This document shows, in pieces, positions 24,891 to 34,790 of a DNA stretch of 38,706 nucleotides (its first letter is position 1; each line of letters starts with the position of its first letter). The DNA is from a virus. Taxonomy: Duplodnaviria; Caudoviricetes. Location of the stretch: the IMG/VR virus record IMGVR_UViG_3300025267_000039, positions 1 to 38,706 of that record; one strand, written 5' to 3'. The notes below the pieces were generated by a model, which saw nothing but the letters and a program-made list of their open reading frames with translations, did no database searches and was not told the origin of the DNA. The translations under genes were made by a program, and so were the position numbers.

Positions 24891-27257
24891 CTATGGTCCA
24901 ATGGGATTTCCCTCCGTGTCCACAGGAGCTTTCCCATGTATGTCTACATCTAAGCTTCTGAAAGCCTGCAACATCAGACCAAAAAAGTGCTCTGATTGTG
25001 CCTCAGGGTCATTAGGATATTTATCTTGGGCCTTCTTAGCAAAGTTTTCTATTATTATCAATGGAGGAACATTAAAAGTTTCGTCTATAGTACCAGCAGC
25101 CGCGTGCTGTGCCGATAAAAGAATTGTCTCATATATATCAGGATTCCACATTCTTTGTTTAGGGTCCCATGCTAAGGATACCAATTCAGCAGCCTTACTA
25201 CCTTTATCAAATTGATTCCTGTCATTAAATCTAGGATTATCATTTAGAGCACTGGCTACACTATTAATTCTATGACCAAAATCTACTATGTCCTCATTAT
25301 TGTCTGTTGCAAAGTCTGTTAATTTCCTTCCATAGTACGTAGCCAGCTGTTTGTTCATAGAGGCAGTTGGTGCAAACTTTGCTGGAGCACCTGCTTCTGC
25401 TTCTGCAGCAGTAACCTCTCTTTCTCTTAGACCATGTTTAAGCTCAAACTGTCTTCTATCTTCAGCTGCTTTCGCCTGCTGTGCATCAATATCAGCTAGT
25501 TCCTTAGTTGTTGCCAACTTTCGAGCCTGTTCAGACTCTGCCCTTTGTCGAAGTGCTTCTCCAGCACCTCCCATAGCCGCTGTAAGCTGTTCTAAGATAG
25601 TTGGCTGATTAAAGGCACCCAGACCACCTCTGGCACTCCTAGCTCCTTCTACAAGCCGTGCATGCGCCTGAGAGGCACCTCCAAAGCCAGTAGTCCACTT
25701 ATCTTGCGCTCCTTTATAACCCTTCAGGAGATTCTGATATTTCTCCAAATTGGTAAAGGGTGGTGAAAAGCTGCCGGGATAACTAGAAGGTAATTCCTCC
25801 GTGGTGGCTTTTTCACGAGTTGGGAAGTAAGGTATCGGTTCATCCATTACTTCTACTTCTTCTTGTTCTTGTTCTTCATAAACGCCAGTTACTGGAATTT
25901 TTTGCTCGTGTACGTCAGCAGTGGATACATTTGTACCACTAAAAGGTGAAGCACCAGCACCTTGTAATCTACCCATCATTTCTATAATATCTCTCCAACT
26001 AGGCATCCCACCTTTCTCTTCTATTGCCTCTCCAAGACCACTTCTTTCCACATCCATTGCTTCTTCAAGAGTACCTCTTTGTAAAGATACAATACCTCCA
26101 TTTGCAAAGGAACCTACCTGACCTCCAGTTTTACGAGCACCGAACCCTCCGCTCTGACCATAAATATTAAGACCAGCAAGACCTGCACCCAGTAACTGTG
26201 AAGACAAAGGAGTCTGTATGATAGGCTGTCGTTGTACTTGCGTAAATCCAGCAGATTGAGGTAGGCCACGAATAATAGATTGATATTGTTGTAGTTCACC
26301 TTTGGGAAAGAATCTTTCCTGTTCAAACTGTTGACGAGCCAAGTCCAGAGCCTGTTGACGCTGGGCTTGCTGAACTTCACCGACACCTGACAATCCTGCA
26401 ATCTGTTTGCGTGACCTGTCAGCTGCAATTTCACCCAGTGTTCCTAATTGTTGAGCACCTGTAAGCTGCCTACGTCTTTCATTCTCAAGAGATGTTACAG
26501 CCCTGTCATATCCACCATAAAGACCTCTGGCCTGTATATCGGCAAGGTTCTGTTGCAGATTACGGCTTGCCTCTGCTTGCTGGACCCCTGCGCGGGAACC
26601 TCCAAAAGCTCCCTGTCCTACAGCTTCGGCATTAATACGTTGTCTTTCTACGTCAGCCTGACGTTGTGCTTCTCTGGTAGCGATATCAATTACATTCTGT
26701 TGAAAAGGATTGATGCGTTCCTGAATCTGTTCTGAAGTAATATCAGTGACGCCCTGAAGTCCTGCTCCCAATGCAGGCTGGTAGTAAGTGCTTGGGTCAC
26801 CTAGAGCAGTACCTGCCAACCCTGTACCAAACTGTTGCCGTCCCAGTTCCTGTGCTTGTAACTGTTCCGGTCTGAAACCTGCAATCTGAGGACCACCAAA
26901 AGGAATAAAACCTTCATCACGAGCAACATCATATTCAGTTTCTGCTTCGCCAGTTATTCTTTCTATGTGAGGACGTAACTCAGGAGGGAATTCCGCTGTT
27001 TGAGTTGTACTTGTTACAGCAGGTTGTTGCTGCTGTCCACCACCACCGCCTCCTTTATACTCTCTCAATCCAGTTACTTCATTGATAGTTCCTGAACCTC
27101 CCAAGGATTTGAGTACACCTGCTTCAAATATATTTACATGAGCAAGTTCTGTATCTCCTTCCTCCCCATAGCCTGTAATATCGTTGTATAAATCTCGTAA
27201 CAACGCAATCTTTTCAGGTATTGAAAAGGTGGAAACTAATTCTTTGGTGTTAATCAT
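24891..27257 (-). CDS. internal virion / DNA ejection protein
   Basis: 788 aa, Q/A/G-rich coiled coil; NPFQQNVID, GAFGGSRAG motifs typical of podovirus ejection proteins. Confidence 0.7.
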   Translation of the reverse strand: MINTKELVSTFSIPEKIALLRDLYNDITGYGEEGDTELAHVNIFEAGVLKSLGGSGTINEVTGLREYKGGGGGGQQQQPAVTSTTQTAEFPPELRPHIERITGEAETEYDVARDEGFIPFGGPQIAGFRPEQLQAQELGRQQFGTGLAGTALGDPSTYYQPALGAGLQGVTDITSEQIQERINPFQQNVIDIATREAQRQADVERQRINAEAVGQGAFGGSRAGVQQAEASRNLQQNLADIQARGLYGGYDRAVTSLENERRRQLTGAQQLGTLGEIAADRSRKQIAGLSGVGEVQQAQRQQALDLARQQFEQERFFPKGELQQYQSIIRGLPQSAGFTQVQRQPIIQTPLSSQLLGAGLAGLNIYGQSGGFGARKTGGQVGSFANGGIVSLQRGTLEEAMDVERSGLGEAIEEKGGMPSWRDIIEMMGRLQGAGASPFSGTNVSTADVHEQKIPVTGVYEEQEQEEVEVMDEPIPYFPTREKATTEELPSSYPGSFSPPFTNLEKYQNLLKGYKGAQDKWTTGFGGASQAHARLVEGARSARGGLGAFNQPTILEQLTAAMGGAGEALRQRAESEQARKLATTKELADIDAQQAKAAEDRRQFELKHGLREREVTAAEAEAGAPAKFAPTASMNKQLATYYGRKLTDFATDNNEDIVDFGHRINSVASALNDNPRFNDRNQFDKGSKAAELVSLAWDPKQRMWNPDIYETILLSAQHAAAGTIDETFNVPPLIIIENFAKKAQDKYPNDPEAQSEHFFGLMLQAFRSLDVDIHGKAPVDTEGNPIGP

Positions 27258-27681
27258 CTTTTAATTCCTTCACTAGCACAGTGTAGTATTTTTTGTAGCC
27301 TTTGTTGCGTAACGCTCTGGTCCAGCCATCTCTTCCAGCAGTCTCGATGTGGCTGATACCATTCTCCTTACAAAATCTTTCAACAGGTTCACTCCAGATA
27401 TCCATCCACTTCTTCATAGTGTTTCTTTTTGCTCCCCACAAGTGACCTCTTAAATGCTTATGATTGGGATAAACATAAATCTCTGTGGTAAATGCTACGA
27501 TAATCTCCTGCTCTTCTTCATCCAGTATCAACCACAATTGCTGACGGTCTGTCTTGAGCCATCCTTTTACATCTTCTAAACCAACCTCTCCTATGGTCCT
27601 ACGAATTGCTTTCTCTAAGAGAGGTTCTGCATGCGGCCATAGAACATCAATATACTTAGGTTCTGCCCTGTAAACAATCAT
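27250..27681 (-). CDS. GNAT-fold-like virion morphogenesis protein
   Basis: 143 aa between ejection genes; FCKENG..IETAGRDGWTRAL...GY pattern. Confidence 0.55.
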   Translation of the reverse strand: MIVYRAEPKYIDVLWPHAEPLLEKAIRRTIGEVGLEDVKGWLKTDRQQLWLILDEEEQEIIVAFTTEIYVYPNHKHLRGHLWGAKRNTMKKWMDIWSEPVERFCKENGISHIETAGRDGWTRALRNKGYKKYYTVLVKELKDD

Positions 27682-27682
27682 T

Positions 27683-30634
27683 CTAGGCGGTCAGAGCCTT
27701 ATTCAATTCTTTTTTCCCGTCTATCTCATTCACCTGTTTCGTTTGTCCTGTAGAAGCATATCTAATATTCTTAACTGCATTATCAAGAATGTCTGCTCCT
27801 GCATTGCTGCTTCCATTGCCAAGCATTGCTACAGCATCGGCAGGCCAGACATACTCATCTCTTGCTATGACAGCATCCGTTCCTGTGTCTTTATAGAAAC
27901 CCATACCTCCTCCTGGATGTTGTGATTCCACAATGTCAAAACGACGGTCATCAGACATCCCATCTCCTGTAGTATGTACCTGTCCTTCAAAGACAGAACC
28001 ACCATGAGCACTTCCTATGAATTGGTCTACTATTTCCTGTTCACTGGTAGTTGAGCCTGTAGTTGGAGATGTGCCTGCTCCAATAAACTGGTCTACGACT
28101 GCCTGTTCTGTTTGAGGACCACCTGAAGTAAAGGCACCGCTCAGGAATGAAGGAAATCCACCGGGCCTAACTCCGGTAGCATACTCAAATATCTCCTGTT
28201 CCGTAGTCGGTCCTATATAAGTACGCGGTGTACGTCCTCTGATTTCACTTGGTTCTGGAGCTGGCGCTCCTCCACCTCCTCCTGAACTTGGTAATTGACT
28301 TGCTGGGATAAAACCGGGAGCTGCCCTAACCCCACCCTCTGTAGTATAAAGTCCACCTGCATCTTCTATTGACATTAATTTAGGACCACCCATCGCTCCC
28401 ATTCCCGGCACGTATGTCAAACCGGGAGGAGGTGGTTTAGCCCCGACAACTCCACTTCCTGTCCAAGCACCACCACCAGCTTGTCTGGCAATCGTACCAC
28501 CTTGAGCCAAGCCTATCAGACCACCTTGGTTGACAGGCTCTAAGCCACTTTCTTTTATTTCCGTTCCCTGTCGGCCAGTAGCCGCTGTCTGTGCTGCAGC
28601 ATTTGCTTGTGCTTGTGCCTGCATTCCAGGTGACCAGCTAGTGCCTTCACCTAACGCCATTGAATCTGCTACAAAACTTGACAACATACCAAGAGGACCA
28701 AGCTTACTAGCTATACCCCAAGCCTGTGCAAGTGGTCCTGCATCAGCGCCGGGAGTACCAAATATACCTTGGAAACTTTGCGAGAAACTAGGAGTTCCAG
28801 AACCTCCTAAGCCGGGACCTGCTCCACTTAAAGTTTTGGAAGTTTCACCTGCTCCGTATGGAGAAGAAGGACCAGCTATTCCTTGCTGAGAATAAGTAAG
28901 ACCGGGAGCAAAAACATTAGATGTACCTTCAGCTAGTGGTCCTAAAGCATAATTAGGACTAGTATAACTTTGTCCTCCTGCTTGAAAACCTACTCCACCT
29001 AGACCCACTCCTTGAGGACCAAAAGTAGTGCCGGGACTAACAGCAAATCCCATACCCTGAGTTCCTAAACCTTGAGTAACATTCCCAAGCGAGAGATTAC
29101 CCCCCTCACCGGATGGAGCAGCCCATGATGTCTGCGGTCCCGCCCTAGTCTGAGTAGTTGTTGGGCCTTGTAAAGCGTTAAGAGCAACATTAGCTAAAAC
29201 AGTAGCTGTCTCACCGTCAGTAGTAGTAGGAGTAGTAGTAGTAGTCGTTCCACCGCTGTCACCTCCGCCGCCTCCACTACTGCTTTGGCCTCCTCCTGAC
29301 GTGTGTGCGGCACCGCCATAACCGATACCAGCACCTGGACCAGCAGCAGCAGCAGACTGTCCTCCTGCTACCCCTGTAAAGTAGTATTCGGGCAGCCCAG
29401 TCTCAGGGTTTATAGTAGCAGCACCACCCATTCTTTTGAGCAGGTCAGCTTCTCTTGCACTGATATGGGCTACCTGACCACCCATAAGTGTGTTGTCTTC
29501 AAATCTTCCTTGATTAGCAAGAGCACCACCACTTTGTAAGGATATCAATCCACCAGTAGCTTGCCCAACAGGTGCAATTCCGCTTTCTTCTATATCTATA
29601 TCTTCAAGAAATAAACCCGGTCCTCCCGCTTGAGTAAGTAATTCTTCCCCCTCATCAGCAGTAAATTTAACTGCCCGTCTAGGTGCTCTTCCTCTGATAG
29701 GTTTAGAAGGTATGAATCTTCTATCATCAACATCTTCCAATCCTTCAAATGTCGGAGGTTGCTGACCAGCTAGTAAAGTAGCTGCTCCTACTCCAACAGA
29801 GACAGGTAATCTATTCTTTTGCAACCATGTTTGTTCTGCTGCTTTTCCTTCAACTGGTTCTCTACCTGTAGTACTTGATGTTCCAAACAGCTTTTGAAGC
29901 CAATTAGGTTGTGCAGATTGTTTAGCTACTTGTTCAGCATTCGATAATCTCAGTGCTTCAGGAGTAGAAAAGGTAGGTGCTATTGGACTTGGAATAGTAG
30001 ATTCAAATGCAGCAGCAGGAGAAGGCTTTATAAATGGATTAATTGTAGCTGGAACTATAGATGTTCCTCCCGCCCCAGTAGCACCCTGTAAAGCAGCTTG
30101 AGGAGACACTCCTCCAAACATTCCCATTGTATGAGGAACACTACTAAGTGGAAGGGCAGATTGTGTTGCTGCTTGTCCTCCCATTAATACATTTGGACCA
30201 CCAAGAGTAGACGTACTACTAAGACCACCAGCACCAGTACCAAATAATCCTTGTAGACCAGAGAATGGCCCCCACGGAGAACCTATACTTCCAGCAGTTG
30301 TAGCCCCAAGACCAGTGGCACTCATAAATCCTGCACCACCTAAACCCAGTAAACCACCTAATGCCGCGCCTTTTAAGACATTCTTAAATCCTCCACCTCT
30401 TGCTCCTCCAGCAAGACCACCAATGGCAGCACCAGCTATGGGCAACCACCAAGCAAAGCCTTCAGGTGCTCCTGTCTTGGGATTTCGTGTCAATCCACCG
30501 GGAGTCATAGCATCGAACATCTTGACTTCCATTGGATTCATATGAACGAGTTCTGTGTCTCCCATTCTCCCCTGCATTGCCATTAAACTGGCAAGACCGC
30601 TACCGGGAGCATCTCTATTCATATACATAGCCAT
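27683..30634 (-). CDS. Gly-rich internal virion protein
   Basis: 983 aa, low complexity, Gly-zipper hydrophobic stretch, two leader modules, C-terminal GDGMSDD..DEYVWPADAV..LGNGSSNAG domain. Confidence 0.7.
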   Translation of the reverse strand: MAMYMNRDAPGSGLASLMAMQGRMGDTELVHMNPMEVKMFDAMTPGGLTRNPKTGAPEGFAWWLPIAGAAIGGLAGGARGGGFKNVLKGAALGGLLGLGGAGFMSATGLGATTAGSIGSPWGPFSGLQGLFGTGAGGLSSTSTLGGPNVLMGGQAATQSALPLSSVPHTMGMFGGVSPQAALQGATGAGGTSIVPATINPFIKPSPAAAFESTIPSPIAPTFSTPEALRLSNAEQVAKQSAQPNWLQKLFGTSSTTGREPVEGKAAEQTWLQKNRLPVSVGVGAATLLAGQQPPTFEGLEDVDDRRFIPSKPIRGRAPRRAVKFTADEGEELLTQAGGPGLFLEDIDIEESGIAPVGQATGGLISLQSGGALANQGRFEDNTLMGGQVAHISAREADLLKRMGGAATINPETGLPEYYFTGVAGGQSAAAAGPGAGIGYGGAAHTSGGGQSSSGGGGGDSGGTTTTTTPTTTDGETATVLANVALNALQGPTTTQTRAGPQTSWAAPSGEGGNLSLGNVTQGLGTQGMGFAVSPGTTFGPQGVGLGGVGFQAGGQSYTSPNYALGPLAEGTSNVFAPGLTYSQQGIAGPSSPYGAGETSKTLSGAGPGLGGSGTPSFSQSFQGIFGTPGADAGPLAQAWGIASKLGPLGMLSSFVADSMALGEGTSWSPGMQAQAQANAAAQTAATGRQGTEIKESGLEPVNQGGLIGLAQGGTIARQAGGGAWTGSGVVGAKPPPPGLTYVPGMGAMGGPKLMSIEDAGGLYTTEGGVRAAPGFIPASQLPSSGGGGGAPAPEPSEIRGRTPRTYIGPTTEQEIFEYATGVRPGGFPSFLSGAFTSGGPQTEQAVVDQFIGAGTSPTTGSTTSEQEIVDQFIGSAHGGSVFEGQVHTTGDGMSDDRRFDIVESQHPGGGMGFYKDTGTDAVIARDEYVWPADAVAMLGNGSSNAGADILDNAVKNIRYASTGQTKQVNEIDGKKELNKALTA

Positions 30635-30635
30635 G

Positions 30636-31163
30636 TTAGTAAATTCCTGATGGGTTCATGTAGTTGGATTGAGGTCTTGTATTCTGAGCATATATATTGG
30701 ATGCATTGATAGGACTAGGAGAGACAGAACCTCTCATTGAACTAGCCAACGGAGGCGGTAAATAAGTTTCTCCTCTAAGAACATTGGAAGGATAGGACCC
30801 TCCAAACTGATGGGCTTGTGGCATTGGAATCTGATTCTGAGTCATCCTCGGAATATGGCGTTCTTCAGGATTTACGGATAACGTGTTCAATCCCCTGTTA
30901 AAAAACCCTCCAGTCTGAGCAGCAATAGGAGGAAGAGAAGGTCCACCAGCCGCCTGTAGTGAAGCATTGGTCTGGGGATGCCCTGCAGGCACTGAACGAT
31001 TAGATATTTGTTGAAGAATAGCAGCTAATTGAGGATTACTCTGAAGCAACGACTCCAAACCTCCTGAAGAAGCTGGCCCTGTAACAGTTGTAGGAGAAGT
31101 TCCCGGCCCTCCTACATTTACTGGTCCCATTAAACTTCCGCCTTGATATCCATATGTATACAT
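30636..31163 (-). CDS. P/G/S/Q-rich, probably disordered virion-associated protein
   Basis: 175 aa, tightly packed in the late operon; AGGA RBS. Confidence 0.6.
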   Translation of the reverse strand: MYTYGYQGGSLMGPVNVGGPGTSPTTVTGPASSGGLESLLQSNPQLAAILQQISNRSVPAGHPQTNASLQAAGGPSLPPIAAQTGGFFNRGLNTLSVNPEERHIPRMTQNQIPMPQAHQFGGSYPSNVLRGETYLPPPLASSMRGSVSPSPINASNIYAQNTRPQSNYMNPSGIY

Positions 31164-31172
31164 GTTACTATC

Positions 31173-31457
31173 CTAATTTAAATTTTGCCATTCCGTTGTA
31201 GCACCAGAACTTACATATCCCTTGAATTTACCTGTACTTGCTGAGTATGCAATGTCTCCTGCCAGTGGTCGTCCTATACTCGTTACGGTTACAACTGTGT
31301 AAATATGACTAGCTGGTGTTGCATCTACCTGCTGGTCTCTGTATTCCAATTCATTTACTACAGCTGCTCCCCATCTTCTAATCGTGTTATAAATATCTTC
31401 TGCTGTCTTTTTGCGATAAGAAAAAGCAAAAGAAGGTAATAATGAATATCTAGCCAT
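31173..31457 (-). CDS. small tail-associated protein
   Basis: 94 aa coupled by TAATG; GDIAYSASTGKFKGY. Confidence 0.6.
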   Translation of the reverse strand: MARYSLLPSFAFSYRKKTAEDIYNTIRRWGAAVVNELEYRDQQVDATPASHIYTVVTVTSIGRPLAGDIAYSASTGKFKGYVSSGATTEWQNLN

Positions 31458-33319
31458 TATCTCCTGCCATCAGGCTGCATTGCCATTCTCAGAGAACCAA
31501 ATCTCCATGATGTTCCTGCTGAGTTGGCAGAAACTTTTACCTTTGCTTGTCTGCCTCTTGCTCTAAAATCTACTTTCTGGGTCGTGTTGGTAACATCAAA
31601 CGGTCCTTTAATTATTTCACTATTTACTGGAAATTCCTGTGAAGCAATCTCTATGGTAACGGTTCCATCATTGATATCAAAGTCAGGAATCATACGGTCC
31701 ATAAACATTAACTCATCTCCATCATCAATATCAAAATAAGCTGACTCGATAAAGAATGAAATTGGCTCTCCATCTGCAGTAAATATACTTACAGGTTCAT
31801 TATCAAACAGGAATGACTCAGTACCGGACACGCCTGTCGTTATCGTATTATCATAGGTTTCCTGACTTTCATAAGTAGTCCAGATAGCACTTCCATAAGT
31901 CCAGTAATTATCATCTGGATTGAAAATGACGTAACTGTCACATTCATTTTGTCCTGATGATGGATATAACCAGATTATTTCCTTAAATTCCGAATTAATA
32001 CCCGCATATATTTTGTCCGTTTGTGACCTGTTCAATCTATCAAAAACATATTTCTTTACAGTACAATCCAGTACCTGTAACTGCCCATCAAAGAGGAAGA
32101 AATTATCCTCTCCCATCCACACAGAACGACCTGCATAATCAATTCCTGCATGAGGCCCAATCAAACCACAATTTGTTCCCATCTGCTGGAACTTAAAAGT
32201 AAAAGGTGGTCCTACAAACTGCATCAACCACATAGCATTATCTGTCCAGATATTAATAGCACTACGGGAACGTGTTGCTCCTACAATTTCCGAACCATCG
32301 GCCAGTACATTCTCTCCCGATGTAGAACTGATAGAAGGAGTAAAATTATCAAAATTATTCTGGTCAGACCATCGAACCAGCATAGAATTGAAAGTTCCAG
32401 TTGCAAATTCTGTACTTCCTAAAGCTATTAAATGACGGTCATTAGGAGACACAATAACATAATTATTTACACTAGGAGAAGCACTAATCAAAGCTGCACG
32501 AGTAGTAGGTCCCTGTGATGTATCCCAATTATAAATTCTTCCTTCCCTTCTACAAGCAACAATATCTTCACCCCAATTATCAATCGTCCATTGGGTATTT
32601 CTGAAAATAATAGCAGAAGAAGTAGCTGCTTCATTAAAAGCTCTTTTTCCAGTAGATGAAACTCCAGCATTATATACACCAGCACCCCAACCTAATCCCT
32701 GAATAGCTACAGAAGTTCCTGTATGTAAATAAAAATTTGCGGTAGCTGTGCCTACTCCCGTTTCTGTACTGCTGGCCGTCACTGATGCATCAAAAGAAAA
32801 GGAATTAGTATTTAGTACTGAAACCTGATAAGTTCTATTTCCTAAATCAATAGCTCCTCCAATCGTAGTAGCAGATGTAAAAGCTACAAAATCTCCTGTT
32901 TCTGCACCATGACTAGAGGCTGAAACAGAAACTCTTACCGAACCTGCAGCAGTAGAGAAGCCATTATTCGTTCCATCAATAGTAACTATAGCTAATGTAT
33001 TATCACCTGTACTGGTTTTCCCTCGAATAGGAGTAATATCAAAAACAGTATCTCCATTAAATTCATACAGTTTTGCTTCAGTTCCGAATGACGCTCTTTT
33101 AAAAGTACTATTATCGGCCCATGTAATTAAATCTCTGGCTGTTCCTGTTAAAACAGTCGAACTCTTTTTAACATATCCCCGTAAATTTTCAGGTCTTCCA
33201 TCTCTAAATCTTACGTGGTCAGTATCATACCAGTTTCCTTCTTCAGCATACTGCGTAGATTCTCTATGAATGCCCGGTGTGAAGTTTAACTTCACTAATT
33301 TTGCCATTGTCGAAGACAT
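31457..33319 (-). CDS. tail hub / stabilisation protein (P22 gp10-like)
   Basis: 620 aa beta-rich; VRFRDGRPE, VRWSDQ, GPPFTF, CGLIG, RARGRQ, PDGRR end; position between fibres and ejection genes. Confidence 0.75.
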   Translation of the reverse strand: MSSTMAKLVKLNFTPGIHRESTQYAEEGNWYDTDHVRFRDGRPENLRGYVKKSSTVLTGTARDLITWADNSTFKRASFGTEAKLYEFNGDTVFDITPIRGKTSTGDNTLAIVTIDGTNNGFSTAAGSVRVSVSASSHGAETGDFVAFTSATTIGGAIDLGNRTYQVSVLNTNSFSFDASVTASSTETGVGTATANFYLHTGTSVAIQGLGWGAGVYNAGVSSTGKRAFNEAATSSAIIFRNTQWTIDNWGEDIVACRREGRIYNWDTSQGPTTRAALISASPSVNNYVIVSPNDRHLIALGSTEFATGTFNSMLVRWSDQNNFDNFTPSISSTSGENVLADGSEIVGATRSRSAINIWTDNAMWLMQFVGPPFTFKFQQMGTNCGLIGPHAGIDYAGRSVWMGEDNFFLFDGQLQVLDCTVKKYVFDRLNRSQTDKIYAGINSEFKEIIWLYPSSGQNECDSYVIFNPDDNYWTYGSAIWTTYESQETYDNTITTGVSGTESFLFDNEPVSIFTADGEPISFFIESAYFDIDDGDELMFMDRMIPDFDINDGTVTIEIASQEFPVNSEIIKGPFDVTNTTQKVDFRARGRQAKVKVSANSAGTSWRFGSLRMAMQPDGRR

Positions 33320-34272
33320 TAAGTATACGCGTTAGTTAGAATTGCCTGTACATCCGTAGAAGTTCTTACAATATAATCCAGACGGTCTTCAGAATCAATA
33401 GACGTACTCAAAGTAGGAGCTGTCCCGCCTATAAAATCCCAGTTTGCAGCATAAGATAAAGTACGTGAACCTGTGCCGTCCTGAATTAAAAAGATAGAAC
33501 CAGTTTGTCCCGTTACACAATTAGAAGGATTTTCTAAAGTTCTATTGCCAGCTAACTGCACTTCAAAATTCTGTCCTGTTCCAAAATCTACTGCAATAGA
33601 AGCTCCATCGGTTAAAGATACTTTATCTGCTATAGCATTAGCTGTGATATGCAATTGTCCCAAAGGAGAAGCAGTTCCAATACCAATAGTAGTAGCTATA
33701 ATTTCTCCTCCTGCCGATACAGTTCCACTAAAAGTAGCTCCTGCTGCAGATAACTGACCTGCTATAGTTACTGGACCTGTCGCTGACATAACACTGGTAG
33801 TAATACTGGTAGCAGTTAGAGTATTAATTGTAGCTGTAGTAAATGATACAGCAGCGGTTAAAGGAGCACCAGCTTCAAAGACACTCACTCCATCGCATAT
33901 AAGAATTCTAGTAGCACTCGTACCTACTTCATATCCTGAACCACCTGCTGTTTTGACGGTAATGGTACTGGAACTTTGGCGAACTGTTTTATCATTTATC
34001 AAATAGAATTTACTATTACCGGGAATAACAACATTAACATTAGAACTAACCGTACCCACAAATTCAAGCATAGCAGACCGTGCTTCATCGGCAGCACCAT
34101 CATTGTTTGATAAAGTTTTATCAACAGAAGAAAGAGAAACGGTAGTATAGGCCGCAATCGCAGAATCAATTAAGTTAATAACATTATCATTAAGAATGGT
34201 TCCCCAACTATTAGGATTTTCACCATCTCCCTGTAATTCCAGTCGGATACGACTTGTGTAGGTGGAAGCCAT
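33319..34272 (-). CDS. tail fibre / fibre adaptor
   Basis: MASTYT..GENPNSWGTILN anchor; S/T-rich shaft; C-terminal QDGTGSRTL domain. Confidence 0.7.
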   Translation of the reverse strand: MASTYTSRIRLELQGDGENPNSWGTILNDNVINLIDSAIAAYTTVSLSSVDKTLSNNDGAADEARSAMLEFVGTVSSNVNVVIPGNSKFYLINDKTVRQSSSTITVKTAGGSGYEVGTSATRILICDGVSVFEAGAPLTAAVSFTTATINTLTATSITTSVMSATGPVTIAGQLSAAGATFSGTVSAGGEIIATTIGIGTASPLGQLHITANAIADKVSLTDGASIAVDFGTGQNFEVQLAGNRTLENPSNCVTGQTGSIFLIQDGTGSRTLSYAANWDFIGGTAPTLSTSIDSEDRLDYIVRTSTDVQAILTNAYT

Positions 34273-34284
34273 GTTTATTTCTCC

Positions 34285-34788
34285 TTACAACTCTTCATCC
34301 CAAGGAGCTTTAGGCCAATCAAAAAGAATTCCACTTTTATTGCCCTCTTCATCCCAAGTAAGAAGAAGAACTTCTAATTGAGCAATGCTGCCAGCTCCTG
34401 TAACAGCTGCTTCCATTTCATCTCCTTTAGCTCTAATAGAATCTCTATAAGTCTGAAAATCAGCAGGAATAGCTTTTCCACTATCCGCTTTACGAATAAT
34501 TACCCAATCTGTAGAGGATAGCAGTGAATTCTGAGTATTCTTTATTTGGTCCACGAAACTATCTTTTACAGTTTGGACAGGTTTTTCAGAACTATTGATA
34601 GTACCATCTTTATTTTGAGACCATGTATAAAACCTACTATCTGGTGGAGATTCTTCAATTATCTCCTCAATACCTATAGAAGCTTTTTCCTCAGCAGACC
34701 AAATATGCCAATTAGATGGGTGCTGAACGCCATTTATATCCGTCCATGCCTTTCCCGGTCTAATTGTTTTTTCTTGATATTTAAACAT
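34285..34788 (-). CDS. tail fibre assembly chaperone-like protein
   Basis: LLSSTDW...YRDSIR...WPKAP motifs; downstream of a fibre gene. Confidence 0.7.
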   Translation of the reverse strand: MFKYQEKTIRPGKAWTDINGVQHPSNWHIWSAEEKASIGIEEIIEESPPDSRFYTWSQNKDGTINSSEKPVQTVKDSFVDQIKNTQNSLLSSTDWVIIRKADSGKAIPADFQTYRDSIRAKGDEMEAAVTGAGSIAQLEVLLLTWDEEGNKSGILFDWPKAPWDEEL

Positions 34789-34790
34789 TT

